From positions 28,954,001-29,018,000 of the forward strand of contig OZ024756.1 of assembly GCA_964016885.1 (NCBI GenBank): a stretch of DNA of 64,000 nucleotides, read 5' to 3'. Shown here in pieces: positions 57,507 through 64,000 of the stretch. Every line of letters starts with the position of its first letter. Within the stretch, counting starts at the first letter, position 1. Both the position numbers and the translations under genes were made by a program. The stretch comes from Eledone cirrhosa (taxonomy: Eukaryota). The notes under the pieces are model-generated. The model made no database searches. It saw only the letters and a program-made list of their open reading frames with translations, and was not told the DNA's origin.

Positions 57507-57520
57507 TATACATATAATTA

Positions 57521-57591
57521 TCCCATTACCCAAGGTTTCACGAAGTCAGACGATTCTAACAGAGGCGCCCGAAGTCGTTCATCAGATAGAA
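57521..57591 (-). ncRNA. Type-I hammerhead ribozyme (canonical core)
   Basis: Minus strand: ttctat-CTGATGA-acga..tcgt-GAAA-ccttggg-TA-atggga. Confidence 0.7.
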
Positions 57592-57602
57592 ATCTTTAAA
57601 GA

Positions 57603-57635
<33 letters not shown>

Positions 57636-57636
<1 letters not shown>

Positions 57637-57860
57637 AAGAGATGAAATCGAAAATGCAACTGGAGTCTTATTTTTTTAAAAAATATATATTTATTTGGAA
57701 GAACTGCGAAACCGGTAAAGGAACCAAATAAATATATATATTTTTTAAAAAAATAAGACTCCAGTTGTATTTTCGATTTCATCTCTTTTTCTTTATACTT
57801 TCACTCGTGTAGGACACCTCGGTTAATTTTCAATTTGTAAACAAAACCTCACTTTCTAAT
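57636..57860 (+). mobile_element. Fold-back copy of the 48195 family, broken at hammerhead stem II
   Basis: Arms 57636-57698 and 57725-57789 around aagaactgcGAAAccggTAaagg. Confidence 0.8.
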
Positions 57861-57912
57861 ATATATATAATTCAAAATATTAACAAAAATAGACATTCGT
57901 GTGATCAAGTAT

Positions 57913-57977
57913 ATTTTATTATACATATTTCAGAGGTACTGAGCTATCTTCAACAGTACGTCTTCATCAGATAAAAT
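57913..57977 (-). ncRNA. Type-I hammerhead ribozyme (second copy of the 5901 family)
   Basis: Minus strand: attttat-CTGATGA-agacgtactg..cagtacctct-GAAA-tatgta-TA-ataaaat. Confidence 0.8.
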
Positions 57978-58028
57978 AAGATGATGCATGACATACCCTG
58001 ACTTAGTAGATGGTTAAGATTCAGTCAT

Positions 58029-58063
<35 letters not shown>

Positions 58064-58252
58064 CGCTTGTATACAGGAAACTGACTGGCCAGTCTGCTGA
58101 TATGCAAATCTGGCTGATCAGTGGATCTGCTAATATGTTGATCTGACTGATCAGCCAGTCTGCTAATATGCAAATCAGGCCGATCAGTCACTGTGTATTT
58201 TTGAAAATAGCATATATTTTCACTAGCTCTGACAGTTTTGCAGGTGAACAGT

Positions 58253-58302
58253 GAGCTGTACTGATGAAGGGTGATACCCAGAAACATTAGTGTCTGCAGT
58301 TC
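58253..58302 (+). ncRNA. Type-I hammerhead ribozyme (canonical core)
   Basis: gagctgta-CTGATGA-agggt gat accca-GAAA-cattagtg-TC-tgcagttc; 8-bp stem I, GUC triplet. Confidence 0.85.
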
Positions 58303-58413
58303 TGTTCGCATACCAACACAAGAGCAAGAACGAAGGGTTCTTTCTACTGACATGGCTATAAAATTGAGGCTTGTTTGCATAATTGCAAACGAATCGAATG
58401 TTATCATTAATAT

Positions 58414-58555
58414 CTTTCCAGTATAGTTACGTCCCTTTACGATCTGAGTTCAAATCCCGCCGAGGTTGACTTTGCCTTTCATCCTTACGGGGTCGATAAA
58501 ATAAAGTACCAGTAATGCACTGGGTAATTGCTGGCCTTGTGCCTAAAGTAGAAAC

Positions 58556-58560
<5 letters not shown>
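58414..58560 (+). mobile_element. SINE family A, 5'-truncated
   Basis: Central domain and tail. Confidence 0.85.
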
Positions 58561-58599
<39 letters not shown>

Positions 58600-59147
58600 A
58601 TATATATACATATATGCACATACATACGCTGTCACGAGCGTGGTGTCGTGTCAGTCAGTTTAGGGTCAGTAAGTACATAGGAGATGGTGGTGTGGATGGT
58701 GTGTATGTGTACGGAGTAGTAATGGTGGCCAGGATTGGTCTTTCCCCGATAAACACGTGAGTGTGTGTGTGTATGTATGTATGTATCTCTGTGTGTCCAT
58801 GTAAATGTGTGCGTTTGTGCATATGTTTGTGTGTGTACATGTATGTGTGTGTGTCTGTGTATATGTGTGTGCCTGTATATAAATATATATATATATGTGT
58901 GCGTGTGTGTCCGCGTATATGTGTGTGTGTGTATACCGGTGTGTGTGTCCGCGTATATGTGTGTGTGTGTGTATGCCGGTGTGTGTATCCGCGTATATGT
59001 GTGTGTGTGTGTCTGTCTCTATGTGTCTGTGTATATGTGGGTGTGTGCACGTGTCTGTATACGTGTGCGTGTGTGTATGTCTGTATGTGCGTATCTCTGT
59101 GTGTATGTGAATGTGCATGTGTACGTGTGAGTGAGTCTGTGAGTGAG

Positions 59148-59216
<69 letters not shown>

Positions 59217-59310
59217 CGAGTGAGTGAGTGTGAGTGAGTGAGTGAGTGAGTGAGTGAGTGAGTGAGTGAGTGTGTGTGTGAGAGAGAGAGTGTGTGAGTA
59301 TGTGTGTGAG

Positions 59311-59357
<47 letters not shown>

Positions 59358-59369
59358 TGAGTGAGTGAG

Positions 59370-59410
<41 letters not shown>

Positions 59411-59466
59411 TGAGTGAGTGAGTGAGTGTGTGTGTGAGAGAGAGAGTGTGTGAGTATGTGTGTGAG

Positions 59467-59531
<65 letters not shown>

Positions 59532-59799
59532 TGAGTGTGTGAGTGAGTTGTGTGTGTGTGTGTGAGTGAGTGAGTGAGTGAGTGAGTGAGTGAGTGAGTG
59601 AGTGAGTGAGTGTGTGTGTGAGAGAGAGAGTGTGTGAGTGTGTGTGAGAGGGTGCTTATATCTTATCTATGTACCAAGAAGTCATCAGTGTATATAGTTC
59701 ATTACAGATTGAAACCCATCTCTTTCTGGTGACATCCGGGTTCAACGGAATAAAGTTAATATTTCCAAGTAACCAATCAGAAGCTCGCATCTGTTACGG

Positions 59800-60040
59800 A
59801 CGCAAGGCTTTACGGTTGAGTGGTTGAGAAGTTCTCTTCGCGATCATGAAGGACCGGGAGTTCGATACCGCTACGTGGCATCTTGGACAAATTTCATTGA
59901 GCCAACTCTAGTGAGTGAAATTGGGTAGACGGAATCTGTGTAGAAGCCCTTCGGCTGGATTACACCTGTAATTCAAAGAAACAGCTCTGTCATGTCAAGT
60001 GAGCGCCGATTCAACTTGGGAAATAAGGTTCGCAATTACA
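59800..60040 (+). mobile_element. Diverged tRNA-derived SINE (third type)
   Basis: cggttgagtgg (A-box-like) and gagttcgatacc (B box). Confidence 0.5.
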
Positions 60041-60070
60041 CACACTCACCCACACTCACACACACACTCA

Positions 60071-60155
<85 letters not shown>

Positions 60156-60209
60156 GTACACACACACATTCACATACACACAGACACACAGAGATACCAT
60201 GGCGTGGCA

Positions 60210-62079
60210 TATTGCTCAGCTAAAGTGACTTACTGACTAACAGACTTCTGGGAGCCAGAGGTGTGTTTTCACTGCTGAGCTAAGGTGACACTGGCTAACA
60301 GACTGCTGAGGGCCAGAGGTGTGTTTTCATTGCTGAGCTAAGGTGACACTGACTAACAGACTGCTGAGGGCCAGAGGTGTGTTTTCATTGCTGAGCTAAG
60401 GTGACACTGACTAACAGACTGCTGAGGGCCAGAGGTGTGTTTTCACTGCTGAGCTAAGGTGACACTGACTAACAGACTGCTGAGGACCAGAGGTGTGTTT
60501 TCACTGCTGAGCTAAGGTGACACTGACTAACAGACTGCTGAGGACCAGAGGTGTGTTTTTACTGCTGAGCTAAGGTGACACTGGCTAACAGACTGCTGAG
60601 GACCAGAGGTGTGTTTTTACTGCTGAGCTAAGGTGACACTGGCTAACAGACTGCTGAGGGCCAGAGGTGTGTTTTTACTGCTGAGCTAAGGTGACACTGG
60701 CTAACAGATTGCTGGGGGCCAGAGGTGTGTTTTTACTGCTGAGCTAAGGTGACACTGGCTAACAGACTGCTGGGGGCCAGAGGTGTGTTTTCACTGCTCA
60801 GCTAAGGTGACACTGACTAACAGACTGCTGAGGACCAGAGGTGTGTTTTTACTGCTGAGCTAAGGTGACACTGGCTAACAGACTGCTGAGGGCCAGAGGT
60901 GTGTTTTTACTGCTGAGCTAAGGTGACACTGGCTAACAGACTGCTGGGGGCCAGAGGTGTGTTTTTACTGCTGAGCTAAGGTGACACTGACTAACAGACT
61001 GCTGAGGGCCAGAGGTGTGTTTTTACTGCTGAGCTAAGGTGACACTGGCTAACAGACTGCTGGGGGCCAGAGGTGTGTTTTTACTGCTGAGCTAAGGTGA
61101 CACTGGCTAACAGACTGCTGAGGGCCAGAGGTGTGTTTTTACTGCTGAGCTAAGGTGACACTGGCTAACAGACTGCTGGGGGCCAGAGGTGTGTTTTCAC
61201 TGCTGAGCTAAGGTGACACTGGCTAACAGACTGCTGGGGGCCAGAGGTGTGTTTTCACTGCTGAGCTAAGGTGACACTGGCTAACAGACTGCTGGGGGCC
61301 AGAGGTGTGTTTTCACTGCTGAGCTAAGGTGACACTGGCTAACAGACTGCTGGGGGCCAGAGGTGTGTTTTCACTGCTGAGCTAAGGTGACACTGGCTAA
61401 CAGACTGCTGGGGGCCAGAGGTGTGTTTTCACTGCTGAGCTAAGGTGACACTGGCTAACAGACTGCTGAGGGCCAGAGGTGTGTTTTCACTGCTGAGCTA
61501 AGGTAACTCTGAGGAACAGACTGCTGAGGGCCAGATGTGTGGTTTCACTGCTGAGCTAAGGTGACATTGGCTAACAGACTGCTGAGGACCAGAGGTGTGT
61601 TTTCATTGCTGAGCTAAGGTGACACTGGCTAACAGACTGCTGGGGGCCAGAGGTGTGTTTTCACTGCTGAGCTAAGGTGACACTGGCTAACAGACTGCTG
61701 AGGGCCAGAGGTGTGTTTTCATTGCTCAGCTAAGGTGACTCTGACTAACAGACTGCTGGGGGCCAGAGGTGTGTTTTCACTGCTGAGCTAAGGTGACATT
61801 GGCTAACAGACTGCTGGGGGCCAGAGGTGTGTTTTCATTGCTGAGCTAAGGTAACTCTGAGGAACAGACTGCTGGGGGCCAGAGGTGTGTTTTCATTGCT
61901 CAGCTAAGGTGACTCTGAGGAACAGACTGCTGAGGGCCAGAGGTGTGTTTTCATTGCTGAGCTAAGGGGACACTGACTAACAGACTGCTGAGGGCCAGAG
62001 GTGTGTTTTCATTGCTCAGCTAAGGTGACTCTGAGGAACAGACTGCTGGGGGCCAGAGGTGTGTTTTCACTGCTGAGCT
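60210..62079. repeat. 58-bp minisatellite, about 32 copies
   Basis: Unit ctgctgagctaaggtgacactggctaacagactgctgrgggccagaggtgtgttttya. Confidence 0.95.
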
Positions 62080-63734
62080 CAGTCACGTTTCAGTTTCTAA
62101 TTTTCATCCAGCAGTTATGACTTCAGTTTTTTTAACCTATCCCTGCGGTTCACCCACATGGCCAGTCAATCCTCGTTTTGTGAACTCTCAACTCTTTTCA
62201 TTAAAAATAGGAAGGATATGTTTTATAATGATTCGTGGAAATTAAACTGACTCTGAAAGAAAAACAATAAACAGGATGGTCACAAACTGGAATGCATTTT
62301 ATAATGTAATAGAAGAGATTCACTACAACAGACCAGGAGCTAAACATCAACACCTCCACCATCATCAACATCAACACTACCACCATCAACTAGATCAACA
62401 ACATCAACAGCACCACCAGCACCGCCTCCATCATCAACACCACCACCGCCTCCATCATCAACACCACCACCACCACCACTACCACCACCACTACCACCAC
62501 CAAACACCACCACCACCACCACAACAACAACAACCACCACCACCCTACCACCACCCTACCACCACCCTACCACCACCCTACCACCACGAAATGTCAATAA
62601 TCTTTGTTTTAAAAAACCAAACAAGTTAAAAGTTTAAAGAACAGTTCACTTACATGGAATATGTAAATATATGCATAAATGTTCAGAGGTCAGCCATAGC
62701 CACACCTTTATTCCTGCATTCTGTCATTCTTTCATTCGTCCGTTCCTTTATTCTTTCATTACTTCATTCTTTCTATTTAAAGAATTGAAAATCTCAGCCC
62801 GAGTTTAGAGCAACTCTTTATAGATACGTGCACTTCTGCACATTCTGTTGTTCCGAGTATATCCACACCCTTCATACCCTTTACTCTCCCTCTCTCTCTC
62901 ACCCCCCTCTCTCCTTTTCCTCCTATTTCGCTCTCTCTGACCTTCTCTCCCTCTCAATCTATCTATTTATTTATCTATTTATTTATCTTTTTCAGACTCA
63001 CACTCACAAACATTGATGCAAACACATACACACACATGCATACATACATACATACATGCATATATACATACATACATACACATATATACACGCATATATA
63101 CATACATACATACTCATACATACATACATGTATACACACATACATATATACACACACACATACATACATACACACATATATGTACTCACATATATACATA
63201 CATACATACATGTATACACACACATACATACATACATACATACACGCATACACACATACATACATCTACTCACAAAAATACATACATACACACATACATT
63301 CATTTATACCTATACACACACATAATCATACATACATACATCTACACACACAAATACATATATACACACATACATACATTTATACATATACACATACATA
63401 TAATCATACATACATACATACATCTACACACACAAATACATACATACACACATACATACATACACACACACATACATATATGTACATTGCCGCTAACAAC
63501 CTAACAACAGTGATTCTTTCACTGAAGTCAATGTGCAAGCAGCCCTCACAATGCCAAAACCCCCTACATACTCACACACACCAAAAAATAAATAGTTTGT
63601 ATTGCATTTTTCTGTGAAGGGTGATAAGACCTTAACCTTTTTAAATGTGGGTTAAGGGTCACTTCATTAATGCCATTCGCACATACAACATCTTCCTTGG
63701 TGAAAAATGTGATGGCAGTCAATGGATTTTCATT

Positions 63735-64000
63735 TTTGAGACATTCTGAAAAGATGGTCTACTAAAAAGGGCTTTCATGACCTTTAATCAAGAATTTTGA
63801 GGGATTTTGAGGGATTTACTAAGATTATAAATTACTTCATTTCTAGGATTTTCAGTTTTTAGACATTCTGAAAAGATGGTCCACTAAAAAGGGTTTTCAT
63901 GACCTTTAATCAAGAATTTTGAGGGATTTTGAGGGATTTACTAAGATTATAAATTACTTCATTTCTAGGATTTTCAGTTTTTAGACATTCTGAAAAGATG
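63735..64000. repeat. 122-bp tandem repeat running off the window end
   Basis: acattctgaaaagatg at 63741, 63863 and 63985. Confidence 0.9.

Noticed and set aside
60210-62079. CRISPR-like regular array
   Set aside because: Head-to-tail units with no unique spacers, no cas genes, eukaryotic context.

Overview
Eukaryotic, AT-rich window with very dense microsatellites ((TA)n, (TG)n, (GA)n, (ACC)n). Its SINE and LINE content resembles an octopod cephalopod genome (my inference, not verified). I found no host protein-coding gene; nearly all long ORFs in the supplied track are translations of simple repeats. Conventional content: about 20 copies of one tRNA-derived SINE, a few copies of two other SINE types, LINE 3' fragments (CRE, R4/Dong, Tx1/L1, RTE, one RTE with three C-terminal zinc fingers), two non-autonomous Helitrons, Tc1/mariner, hAT and Chapaev-like remnants, and several minisatellites. 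The main unexplained signal is a set of short non-coding elements sitting between (TA)n runs. More than ten sequence-unrelated families carry a minimal type-I hammerhead ribozyme (about 15 intact or variant motifs, plus half-motifs), some with the compensatory U3-A8 core. Many insertions are fold-backs with both 3' ends pointing outward into (TA)n, and their inversion or truncation breakpoints cluster in or next to the ribozyme. This looks like a Penelope-like/retrozyme-type system that targets (TA)n. All coordinates and pairings were read by eye.
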